A DNA stretch of 59,114 bases, taken from positions 1-59,114 of the forward strand of contig JBHHXL010000002.1 in the NCBI GenBank assembly GCA_046757065.1, written 5' to 3'. The notes under the pieces were generated by a model. It saw nothing but the letters and a program-made list of their open reading frames with translations. It did no database searches and was not told the DNA's origin. The stretch comes from Anaerolineae bacterium (GTDB lineage: Bacteria; Chloroflexota; Anaerolineae; 4572-78; JBHHXL01). Below, piece after piece: positions 42,577 through 49,623 of the stretch. The position numbers and the translations under genes are program-made. Position 1 is the first letter of the stretch; every line of letters begins with the position of its first letter.

Positions 42577-43933
42577 TTACCTGGAGGCTATCAAGCGGGC
42601 CGAGATTGGGCCTATGTCAACGTCTGATGATTTCGCCATGCAGCTCATTGCCAGGAAGGTGCCGGAGCTGCAAAAGAAGTACGATATTCGTTACGATCCC
42701 AAGGTGCGCGTCAATACCGACGATGACCTGGCCGACCGCGTCTGGCAGGCCGGGCGCGAGTTGCTGCTGCACACGGGGCTGTTTAGCCTCAACAGCCGCC
42801 GCCGGATCGTGTTCGACGAGCGAGAGGTCGATGAGACGCTGGCGGCGGCGACCGCCGAGTTTGCCGCCGGCGAGGGCAAGGACGCGGCCCACGTCTACCG
42901 GCGCGACGTCGAAGACCCGCGCCCGCCGGTCATCTTTGGCGGGCCGTTCAACGCCGACGTCCACGAGAGCATGTTCGTCAAGCTCAATGAGGCCTTCGCC
43001 AGCGAGCCGCTGGTGGACCTGCTTCTGCTGCCGGGATACCTCAAGGAACTGGACGGGATCACCATCCGCCCCAATTCGGGGCTGTCGACGCGCGCCGCGA
43101 TGCTTTACGGCAGATGGTCGCGCGAGGCCATCGAGCGGGCCGGCCGGCCCGGGCTGCCGATTGTCGGGCACGCGGTGATGGCCCTCAACGAGATCGCCTG
43201 CACCAACGACGCCTGGGGCCTGCGCCGGACCGACCCGCGCGCCTACGCCATCATCTCCGAGCTGCAAGTGGACGACGTGACGCTGACCCGGCTGGCTTAC
43301 TACCATTCCATTGGCAGCCCGGTCTATATTTCGGCCACGCCGCTTATCGGCGGCTTCGGGGGCGGCCCGGACGGCACGGCCATCATCGGCGTGGCGGCGC
43401 ATATCGGCTCGGTCATGCTCGGCAGCCATGTTATGCACCTTGGGCCGCAACACATCCAACTCAGGCAACAGACGAATGCTATGTCGCTCTGGATGGGTAG
43501 CGTCGTCAAGCAAGCCGTGGCGCGCAACAGCAAGATGATCAACACTACCAGCGTGACGACGTCGGGGCGTCCGGGCTCGATGCAATATATTTACGAGTTC
43601 TCGGCCCTGGCGCTCTCGGTCGTGACCAGCGGTAGCAACCTGACCGGCCCCCGCCCGGCGGAGCCCCTCGGCTGGAACAACGTCAGCCCGCTGATGTGCC
43701 GGCTCTTCGCCGAAGTCGGTCGGGCCGCTACGAAACTTAGCCGCCAGGACGCGAATCGCATCGCCGACGCCCTGTTGGACAAATACAAGGACAAAATCCA
43801 GTTGAAGGACGCGCCCAAAGGTCTGCCGTTCGAGCAGATGTACGACGTAAATACGCTTCAACCCAACGCCGAGCACCGGGCGCTGTACGAGCAGGGACGG
43901 TCGGAGCTTAAGGAATTAGGGGTGCCGTTATAG
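42569..43933 (+). CDS. MtmB-family (monomethylamine methyltransferase-like) protein, pyrrolysine-free
   Basis: 454 aa, uninterrupted. The N-terminus (IKRAEIG..DDF..ELQKKYDIRYD...LADRVWQAGRELLLHTG), AGRPG and the C-terminus (FEQMYDVNTLQPN..YEQGRSELKELGV) are collinear with Methanosarcina MtmB as I recall it. Overlaps the corrinoid gene by 8 nt. Confidence 0.75.
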   Translation: MLNYLEAIKRAEIGPMSTSDDFAMQLIARKVPELQKKYDIRYDPKVRVNTDDDLADRVWQAGRELLLHTGLFSLNSRRRIVFDEREVDETLAAATAEFAAGEGKDAAHVYRRDVEDPRPPVIFGGPFNADVHESMFVKLNEAFASEPLVDLLLLPGYLKELDGITIRPNSGLSTRAAMLYGRWSREAIERAGRPGLPIVGHAVMALNEIACTNDAWGLRRTDPRAYAIISELQVDDVTLTRLAYYHSIGSPVYISATPLIGGFGGGPDGTAIIGVAAHIGSVMLGSHVMHLGPQHIQLRQQTNAMSLWMGSVVKQAVARNSKMINTTSVTTSGRPGSMQYIYEFSALALSVVTSGSNLTGPRPAEPLGWNNVSPLMCRLFAEVGRAATKLSRQDANRIADALLDKYKDKIQLKDAPKGLPFEQMYDVNTLQPNAEHRALYEQGRSELKELGVPL

Positions 43934-43941
43934 GCGATGCT

Positions 43942-44649
43942 ATGACCACATATGTGCTCTGTCACGGCGCTTTCACCGGCGGATGGATCTGGCGGGAGGT
44001 CGCAGCTCCGATAAGGGCTGCCGGCCATGAGGTCTATACGCCAACCTTCACCGGCGCGGGCGAGCGCGCTCACCTGGCCAATCCCGAGGTCGGCCTGGAC
44101 ACCCATATCCAGGACATCCTGATGGTATTCGAGTATGAGGATTTGCACGAGGTGATCCTGGTCGGTTACAGCTACAGCGGAGCCGTCGTTTCCGGAGTGG
44201 CCGAACGGGCCGCGGGCCGGATTGCCCATCTGGTCTATCTGGATGCATTTGTCCCGGAGAACGGCCAGTCTCAGGCGGACCTGGTCGGGCCGGAAGTGAT
44301 GGCGGGCATCCTTCAGGCCGCCCGGACCTCCGGCGATGGCTGGCGCATCCCCCACAATTACCACTCGCCCCATCCGCCCGCCCCCCGGCGCACGGACCTG
44401 TTGCTGAAGGCCGTCTTGCAGCCCGTTCGCCTTGGCGATCCGGCCGCTGCCCTGCCGCGCACGTTCATTCGCTGCACCGAGGGCCAGGCGGACCTGGGGC
44501 CGGTTGGCATCCCCATCGCGGAGGCGGCGCAGAAAGCCAGGAAAGACAGGCGCTGGCGGTATCGTGAATTGAAGACAGGGCATCATCCCTGGGAGACAGC
44601 GCCCCAGGAACTGGCCCACCTATTACTTGAGTTAGCACAGGAGAAATAG
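43942..44649 (+). CDS. Alpha/beta-hydrolase (SABP2/methylesterase-like)
   Basis: 235 aa. N-terminus YVLCHGAFTGGWIWREV and nucleophile elbow GYSYSG. Confidence 0.8.
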   Translation: MTTYVLCHGAFTGGWIWREVAAPIRAAGHEVYTPTFTGAGERAHLANPEVGLDTHIQDILMVFEYEDLHEVILVGYSYSGAVVSGVAERAAGRIAHLVYLDAFVPENGQSQADLVGPEVMAGILQAARTSGDGWRIPHNYHSPHPPAPRRTDLLLKAVLQPVRLGDPAAALPRTFIRCTEGQADLGPVGIPIAEAAQKARKDRRWRYRELKTGHHPWETAPQELAHLLLELAQEK

Positions 44650-44655
44650 ACAAAG

Positions 44656-45024
44656 ATGAGCGAGAAACCAGATTCAGATCAACTTGTTGGCCGGGGCAGG
44701 AAAGAGGGCGCCAGGCTTTTTCGGGAGTGGTTCGACGACCTGGCTCACGCCGGCGAACGCGGTGAACAGGCCGCTTACGTTTTTGTGATGGGCAGCATGG
44801 CCGAGATTTTGCGCACATTTGATTCGATCAAGAGTTGCCGGACGACATCCACCGGCCTGGCCGACAGCCGGCGGTTCTTTATGAAGGACCGGGACCTGCC
44901 GAGTTTGTATATTGAGTCGGACATGATGGACAAGCGAGTGGTATCCGAGGCGCAATTAAAGAACCGGATCGATGCGTTTTTCGAGGGGCTGTCCGCCCGC
45001 AAACAACAGGCCGCCGTCAGCTAA
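44656..45024 (+). pseudogene. Internally collapsed remnant of a 2-hydroxyacyl-CoA dehydratase / BcrC-HgdB-family gene
   Basis: 122 aa. An N-terminal-like piece (LFREWFDDLAHAGERGEQAAYVFVMGSMAEILRTFD) is fused to a C-terminal-like piece (LPSLYIESDMMDKRVVSEAQLKNRIDAFFEGL). Full-length members are about 3 times longer. Confidence 0.45.
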
Positions 45025-45301
45025 CAGGGGTAGGAAGCATATTCGGCCCGAAACGGCAAGGGGATTGACATAAATATACTGCCAATCCTCTCATATCCCC
45101 AACCCGAGCTTGCGTGAGGTTTGTAGAGCACTTTATCCCTCAGTCAAAGGCTCTACCAGCTTTCCCCGGCCCGGACAGCCCACCACAACGCGGGGGACGC
45201 TTCCCCATCTGCCGCAAATATGATATGCTAATCTAGGACGCACCCTAATCATGGGTCGGGTAGTCACGGTCCAAATTTTCTGCTACAATGAAGCTAACAT
45301 A

Positions 45302-45337
45302 AAAAGCCCCCACGATCTGACTGTCCGGGGGGCTTTT
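45302..45337. terminator. Bidirectional-looking terminator hairpin AAAAGCCCCC...GGGGGCTTTT
   Basis: 10-bp stem, 16-nt loop, with A and T tracts on either side. Confidence 0.4.
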
Positions 45338-45468
45338 CTGAGATTTTCGTCATGCGCCGGCGCTGCCGGGACATATGCTCTTGGTTAAGTATAGGCGTCT
45401 TTGGGCGGCTGTCGAGTGTAGGGCCCGTCGTCCTGATAAACCAGCATTCTACCGATGAGGAAATCCCC

Positions 45469-46779
45469 GTGGATATTTCAACGCTCGAAAACTGGCTGTG
45501 GGAAGCGGCCTGCTCGATCCGGGGACCGTTGGATGCCCCGAAGTACAAGGACTATATCCTCCCTCTCCTCTTCTACAAACGTTTGTACGACGTTTTTGAC
45601 GACGAACTCAACCGGCTGACCGAGAAGGTCGGCAATGCGGACCTGGCCCGCGATCTGGTCAAGGAAGATCGAGACCTGATCCGCTTCTATATCCCCAACG
45701 AGCACAAATGGAATGAGGTACGCCGCTCGCCGGTGGAATTGGGCCAACGGCTGACGGACGCGATGCGGGCCATCGCCCGCGAAAACCCCAGGCTGTCCGG
45801 CGTGATTGACCGGCGCGACTTCAACGCTACCGAGGCCGGCCAGCGTCTCCTGGAAGATGAGGGCCTGGCCCGGCTGATGGAGATCCTGAACCGGCATCGT
45901 CTGGGCCTGCACGACGTGGAGCCGGACATTTTGGGCCGGGCCTACGAGTACCTGCTGCGCAAGTTCGCCGAGGGCGGCGGCCAGAGCGCCGGCGAGTTTT
46001 TTACCCCTCGTGAGGTGGGCCTGCTGATGGCCACCATCCTCGACCCGCAGGAGGGCGAGACGCTGTACGATCCGGCTTGCGGGTCGGGCGGGCTGCTGAT
46101 CAAGGCCCAACTCCGCCTGCGGGACGCGCTGCGGGCGGCCTCGGCCAGGGGCGTGGCTCCGCACGACCTTAAGCCGGGCGACATCGGCCGCCCGCTGCAA
46201 CTCTATGGTCAGGAGATCAACCCCGACACCTTCGCCATGGCCAGGATGAACGCCTTCATCCACGATATGGAGGCCGACATCCGCCGCGGCGATACGATGC
46301 GCGCCCCCCGTTTCCTGGACGAGGAGGGCCGCCTGCAACGCTTCGACAAAGTAATCGAGGCCGTTATCCTTTTGCCGGAGAACCTCTTTTACAACACCAG
46401 CGCGCCGGGCATCATTATGGTGGTCAACAAGGCCAAGGCCCATCCGGGCCAGATTTTGTTGATCAACGCCTCCAGGCTGTATGCCAAGGGCCGGCCCAAG
46501 AACTACCTGGCGCCGGAGCACATCCAGCAGATTTATGAGCTGTACCGCGATTGGAAGGCCGAGGAGGGCCTGAGCGCGATCATCACCACCGAGGAAGCGG
46601 CGCGCAACGACTACAACCTCAGCCCCAGCCGCTACGTAGCCAGCAACGACCACGAGCCGCCGCTGCCGTTGGAGGAAGCGCTGGTGCTGCTGGCCGAGGC
46701 CGAGGAGGAGCGCCGCGAAGCGGATGCGGCGCTGAGCGAGGTGCTGGCCAAATTGGGATTTGAAGGGTGGCAGACGTAG
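45469..46779 (+). CDS. hsdM: Type I R-M HsdM-like N6-adenine DNA methyltransferase with in-frame loss of catalytic motif IV
   Basis: GTG at 45469 with a GAGGAA RBS. HsdM N-domain (LENWLWEAACSIRG..YKDYILPLLFYKRL) and motif I DPACGSGGLL. There is no NPPF/NPPY anywhere. The sequence jumps from RFDKV directly to IEAVILLPENLFYNT at about nt 46354. Confidence 0.7.
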   Translation: MDISTLENWLWEAACSIRGPLDAPKYKDYILPLLFYKRLYDVFDDELNRLTEKVGNADLARDLVKEDRDLIRFYIPNEHKWNEVRRSPVELGQRLTDAMRAIARENPRLSGVIDRRDFNATEAGQRLLEDEGLARLMEILNRHRLGLHDVEPDILGRAYEYLLRKFAEGGGQSAGEFFTPREVGLLMATILDPQEGETLYDPACGSGGLLIKAQLRLRDALRAASARGVAPHDLKPGDIGRPLQLYGQEINPDTFAMARMNAFIHDMEADIRRGDTMRAPRFLDEEGRLQRFDKVIEAVILLPENLFYNTSAPGIIMVVNKAKAHPGQILLINASRLYAKGRPKNYLAPEHIQQIYELYRDWKAEEGLSAIITTEEAARNDYNLSPSRYVASNDHEPPLPLEEALVLLAEAEEERREADAALSEVLAKLGFEGWQT

Positions 46780-46891
46780 GCCCCCTCCCCCAGCCCCTCC
46801 CCCAAATTTGGGGGAGGGGAGCCAATTCCCCCCTCTCCCAATTTTGGGAGAGGGGGTGCCCGAAGCGAAGCGGAGGGCGGGGGTGAGGGCC
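46780..46891. repeat. GC-rich hairpin repeat block
   Basis: CCCCTCCCCCAAATTTGGGGGAGGGG and CCCCCCTCTCCCAATTTTGGGAGAGGGGG, then GGAGGGCGGGGGTGAGGGCC. Confidence 0.75.
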
Positions 46892-46931
46892 TACCGCCTT
46901 CGCGCTTGACAGGAGCAAAGAGGATAGGTTT

Positions 46932-47303
46932 ATGAAACACCGACAAAAACGAATACGCACCTTAAGCCCCATTCAACAACGGGCGCGTGAACTTCGCCAA
47001 CAAATGACGCCGGCTGAAAAAACACTCTGGCAGCGCTTGAGGAATAAGCAACTGAATGGGTTCAAATTCCGGAGACAGCATCCGCTTGGCCCGTTTATCG
47101 CCGATTTCTATTGTCCTGCCTGCCGCCTGGTGGTGGAAATCGACGGCGATATCCACGATTTGCAGCCGGAGCGTGATGCTGCCCGCACCGAGCGATTCGA
47201 GCAATACGGCTATCGCGTGATCCGCTTTCGCAATGAGCAGGTTCTTGATGATCTCGAGGGTGTATTAACTGCCATCGAAGCTGCCTGTTTCTCTTCAACC
47301 TAA
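46932..47303 (+). CDS. DUF559 endonuclease-domain protein (Vsr-like fold)
   Basis: 123 aa. RELRQQMTPAEKTLWQRLRNKQLNGFKFRRQHPLGPFIADFYC....VVEIDGDIH. Confidence 0.85.
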   Translation: MKHRQKRIRTLSPIQQRARELRQQMTPAEKTLWQRLRNKQLNGFKFRRQHPLGPFIADFYCPACRLVVEIDGDIHDLQPERDAARTERFEQYGYRVIRFRNEQVLDDLEGVLTAIEAACFSST

Positions 47304-47331
47304 TGTTCGATGAGGGTTGATGCCGGGGTAA

Positions 47332-47394
47332 GGCCCTCTCCTCACCCCCTGGCCCCCTCCCCCGGAGTTGGGGGAGGGGCCGGGGGTGGGGGCC
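47332..47394. repeat. GC-rich hairpin repeat block
   Basis: Contains CCCTCCCCCGGAGTTGGGGGAGGGGCCGGGGGTGGGGGCC. This module recurs at 47528-47567 and 48333-48372. Confidence 0.75.
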
Positions 47395-47445
47395 TGCCAA
47401 CGGCCAAAACGAGAGCAAGGCGTAGGCGTGGGTGACTGGGGAAAT

Positions 47446-47567
47446 GGGCCCTCATCCTCCGCCCTCTCCTCACCCCTTGGCCCCCTCTCCTCTCCCAACG
47501 TTGGGAGAGGAGAAGGGGGAGTATTCCCCCTCCCCCGGAGTTGGGGGAGGGGCCGGGGGTGGGGGCC
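47446..47567. repeat. GC-rich hairpin repeat block (two hairpins)
   Basis: CCTCTCCTCTCCCAACGTTGGGAGAGGAGAAGG plus the shared CCCTCCCCC..GGGGGAGGGGCCGGGGGTGGGGGCC module. Confidence 0.75.
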
Positions 47568-47592
47568 ATCTGGGTTCTAGAGAAGGAGATGT

Positions 47593-47901
47593 TTGATTAT
47601 GAACCAATCGAAGCTTGAAATCCCTCGGGACAAAATCATCGCCTTCTGCCGTCGCCATCACATTCGGCAACTGGCCCTCTTCGGCTCCGTGCTGCGCGAG
47701 GATTTCGGCCTGGGGAGCGACGTCGATGTGCTGGTAGACTTTGAACCAGACGCACAGGTAGGCTTTGTGGCTCTGAGCCGGATGCAACGAGAGCTGGCCG
47801 ACCTGTTACAGCGCCCCGTGGACCTGGTGCCGCGAGAGGGGTTGAAGCCCGTTATCAAAGAGGCCGTTCTGGCCAGCGCCGAGGTGGTTTATGCGGCCTG
47901 A
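47593..47901 (+). CDS. MNT-type nucleotidyltransferase (antitoxin of HEPN/MNT pair)
   Basis: 102 aa with LFGSVLREDFGLGSDVDVLVDF. Confidence 0.85.
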   Translation: MIMNQSKLEIPRDKIIAFCRRHHIRQLALFGSVLREDFGLGSDVDVLVDFEPDAQVGFVALSRMQRELADLLQRPVDLVPREGLKPVIKEAVLASAEVVYAA

Positions 47902-48271
47902 GAAGCTGTACCTGACCGACATCGTGGAGGCAACCGAGGCCATTCAGCGCTTTATCGCCGGCGTTGAGCGCGACGACTTTTTCCAGGATGAATTGCTCCA
48001 AAGCGCTGTCCTGCAAAAACTGATCGTCATCGGTGAGGCGGTTGCTCGCTTATCCCAAGAGTTCCGGGAGCGGCATCCCGAAATCGAGTGGCGAGACATC
48101 GTCAGTTTCCGCAATATCGCCGTCCACGCGTATTTCTCCGTCAACCTTAACATTGTTTGGGTCACTGCCACGCAAGACGTCCCCGATTTGCAGCACAAGG
48201 TTGCCCAGATTTTGGCTCAAGAATACGGCCCGACCGATGTGTCAGACGCCGACGAGGCGCCCAATGGGTGA
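47891..48271 (+). CDS. HEPN (DUF86) toxin-like protein
   Basis: 126 aa with the RNIAVHAY Rx4H motif. Overlaps the MNT gene by 11 nt. Confidence 0.85.
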   Translation: MRPEKLYLTDIVEATEAIQRFIAGVERDDFFQDELLQSAVLQKLIVIGEAVARLSQEFRERHPEIEWRDIVSFRNIAVHAYFSVNLNIVWVTATQDVPDLQHKVAQILAQEYGPTDVSDADEAPNG

Positions 48272-48276
48272 AGCAG

Positions 48277-48372
48277 CCCTCACCCCCCGACCCCCTCTCC
48301 CAAAACTTGGGAGAGGGGGAGAAATCAAGCTCCCCTCCCCCAACTCTGGGGGAGGGGCCGGGGGTGGGGGCC
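48277..48372. repeat. GC-rich hairpin repeat block (two hairpins)
   Basis: CCCCCTCTCCCAAAACTTGGGAGAGGGGG plus the shared 3' module. Confidence 0.75.
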
Positions 48373-48396
48373 ATCTTAGGAGTTCAAGCTGTGGCA

Positions 48397-48891
48397 ATGA
48401 ACATCCAAATTAAGCCTCAAGCCCGTAAAAGCCTGGCGATGAAAGCCACCCCAGCCGGGGTGCAGGTCCTCATCCCTCGCCACCTCGACGCCGGCAGCGA
48501 GCAAGTCCAGGCTTTTGTTGCCGAAGGTCTGGATAAACTGACGCCGCCCTTACCTGTACCGGACACAGAGCGCCTGAGCAAGGATGAAATTCTGGCTTTG
48601 GTCGACGCCTGGGTCGAGCGGCTGGCGGTGCAGGTGGGACGTGTCCAGCTTCAGCCGATGCGTCAGAAGTGGGGCTCGATTTCGACGGCGGGCAACCTGA
48701 CCCTGGCCAGCGACCTGGTGAACTTGCCCCGGCATCTGGTGGAGTACGTCGTTTGTCACGAGTTGCTGCATTTGAAGGTTCCCACCCACAACAGGCTCTA
48801 TTACCTGCTGCTGGGCCGCCACATTCCGGATTGGCGTGAGCGGGAGCAGGAGTTGGGACGGTGGGTATTGGCGATAGGGGATAAGAGATGA
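48397..48891 (+). CDS. DUF45/YgjP-like zinc metallopeptidase-fold protein (shortened)
   Basis: 164 aa from the ATG at 48397, with the HELLH zinc motif (VVCHELLHLKVPTHN). This family often accompanies type I R-M loci. Confidence 0.7.
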   Translation: MNIQIKPQARKSLAMKATPAGVQVLIPRHLDAGSEQVQAFVAEGLDKLTPPLPVPDTERLSKDEILALVDAWVERLAVQVGRVQLQPMRQKWGSISTAGNLTLASDLVNLPRHLVEYVVCHELLHLKVPTHNRLYYLLLGRHIPDWREREQELGRWVLAIGDKR

Positions 48892-49010
48892 CCTTCCTCG
48901 ACGCCGCCTGCCAAACGCGAGGCGTGAAACAAGCCGGCGGGCCCCTGCACTACACCGAGGTCGCCGCCCGCTCAGGCATCTGCGTCGGCGGAGGCGATGA
49001 GGGGCGGTAG
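48888..49010 (+). pseudogene. 40-codon stub resembling a HARE-HTH N-terminus
   Basis: MTFLDAACQTRGVKQAGGPLHYTEVAARSG. ATGA overlap with the DUF45 stop, then a premature end. Confidence 0.3.
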
Positions 49011-49183
49011 ATCGTAGCGGACGATCTGCCACAGAATATCGAAGTCAACCGAGTCGTACCCGTGGATAAGCCGGTTGCGCAGGCCGACCACCTGTGGCCA
49101 CGGAATTTGCGGCGGTCGTTATCCAGGTCGGCCCGGCGCTTGCCCTGGACCAGGGTCACCGCTTCCCTGGCGTGGTCGAGCAT
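48972..49183 (-). pseudogene. Degenerate HEPN (DUF86) gene remnant
   Basis: An N-terminal piece, MLDHAREAVTLVQGKRRADLDNDR, lies in one frame. A C-terminal piece, IPWPQVVGLRNRLIHGYDSVDFDILWQIVRYDLPPLI (Rx4H), lies in another. The middle of the gene is missing. Confidence 0.55.
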
Positions 49184-49186
49184 AAA

Positions 49187-49267
49187 TCATAGCCCGGATT
49201 TCCACGCAGAGCGTGAGCGGATAAATTCACCCTATTAATCCGTAAATTCTGCCGCTCCGGGCTATGA
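49187..49267. repeat. Hairpin with 12-bp perfect arms TCATAGCCCGGA / TCCGGGCTATGA enclosing GCGGAT/ATCCGT motifs
   Basis: Arms at 49187-49198 and 49256-49267. Confidence 0.55.
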
Positions 49268-49320
49268 AGGGTCAGCAACCACAGAAAATGTTAGAACCAG
49301 AAAACGTCAAATCTCATCCT

Positions 49321-49349
49321 TTGCCGTCTGGCTTTTGCAGTGTTATAAT
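49321..49349 (+). promoter_or_regulatory. Promoter of tRNA-Leu
   Basis: TTGCCG, 17-nt spacer, TATAAT with a TGT extension. It ends 15 nt before the tRNA 5' end. Confidence 0.6.
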
Positions 49350-49363
49350 CCAGAAGACTTTAT

Positions 49364-49445
49364 GGGGAAGTGTCGGAACTGGCAGACGAGCGTGATTTAG
49401 GATCACGTGCCGCGAGGCGTGCGGGTTCGAGTCCCGCCTTCCCCA
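49364..49445 (+). tRNA. tRNA-Leu (anticodon UAG), class II with long variable arm; CCA not encoded
   Basis: Acceptor GGGGAAG/CTTCCCC plus discriminator A. Anticodon stem-loop CGTGA-TTTAGGA-TCACG. T-arm GCGGGTTCGAGTCCCGC. Confidence 0.9.
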
Positions 49446-49461
49446 TTGATTCAGGCCATCG

Positions 49462-49492
49462 AGTCCTGCCCCAGCGCAGGGCTTTGTTTTTG
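49462..49492 (+). terminator. Rho-independent terminator after tRNA-Leu
   Basis: About 8-bp stem (AGTCCTGC / GCAGGGCT) followed by TTGTTTTT. Confidence 0.5.
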
Positions 49493-49503
49493 GCTCATGT
49501 TCA

Positions 49504-49579
49504 GTACAAGTGACCGGCACTTTATTCTTCTCGGTTTTCCCTTCAGTATCCAGAGGTGCCGGTCACTTTTGCACTTGTT
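49504..49579. repeat. Inverted-repeat element (ACAAGTGACCGGCAC ... GTGCCGGTCACT..CACTTGT)
   Basis: Arms are visible in the sequence, and the core resembles the 2562 and 22390 family. Lies between tRNA-Leu and the glnE 3' end. Confidence 0.5.
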
Positions 49580-49623
49580 CTGGATATGAGCCTTGTTCTT
49601 TGCCCGCGCAGGGCCGCCCGCGC

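Noticed and set aside
39318-43933. Possible pyrrolysine (in-frame TAG read-through) in the MttB-like or MtmB-like genes.
   Set aside because: Both ORFs are full-length and uninterrupted, and no pylTSBCD-like genes are present in the window.
46780-48372. Integron or CALIN cassette array with attC sites.
   Set aside because: No integrase is present. The repeats are short perfect GC hairpins without the R''-L''/L'-R' architecture or the GTTRRRY core at cassette boundaries. The resemblance is only in the cassette-like layout.
44656-49445. tRNA-targeted integrative island or prophage.
   Set aside because: There is no integrase, excisionase or phage gene, and no direct repeat of the tRNA 3' end. 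The island lies 5' of the tRNA-Leu promoter rather than at its 3' end.
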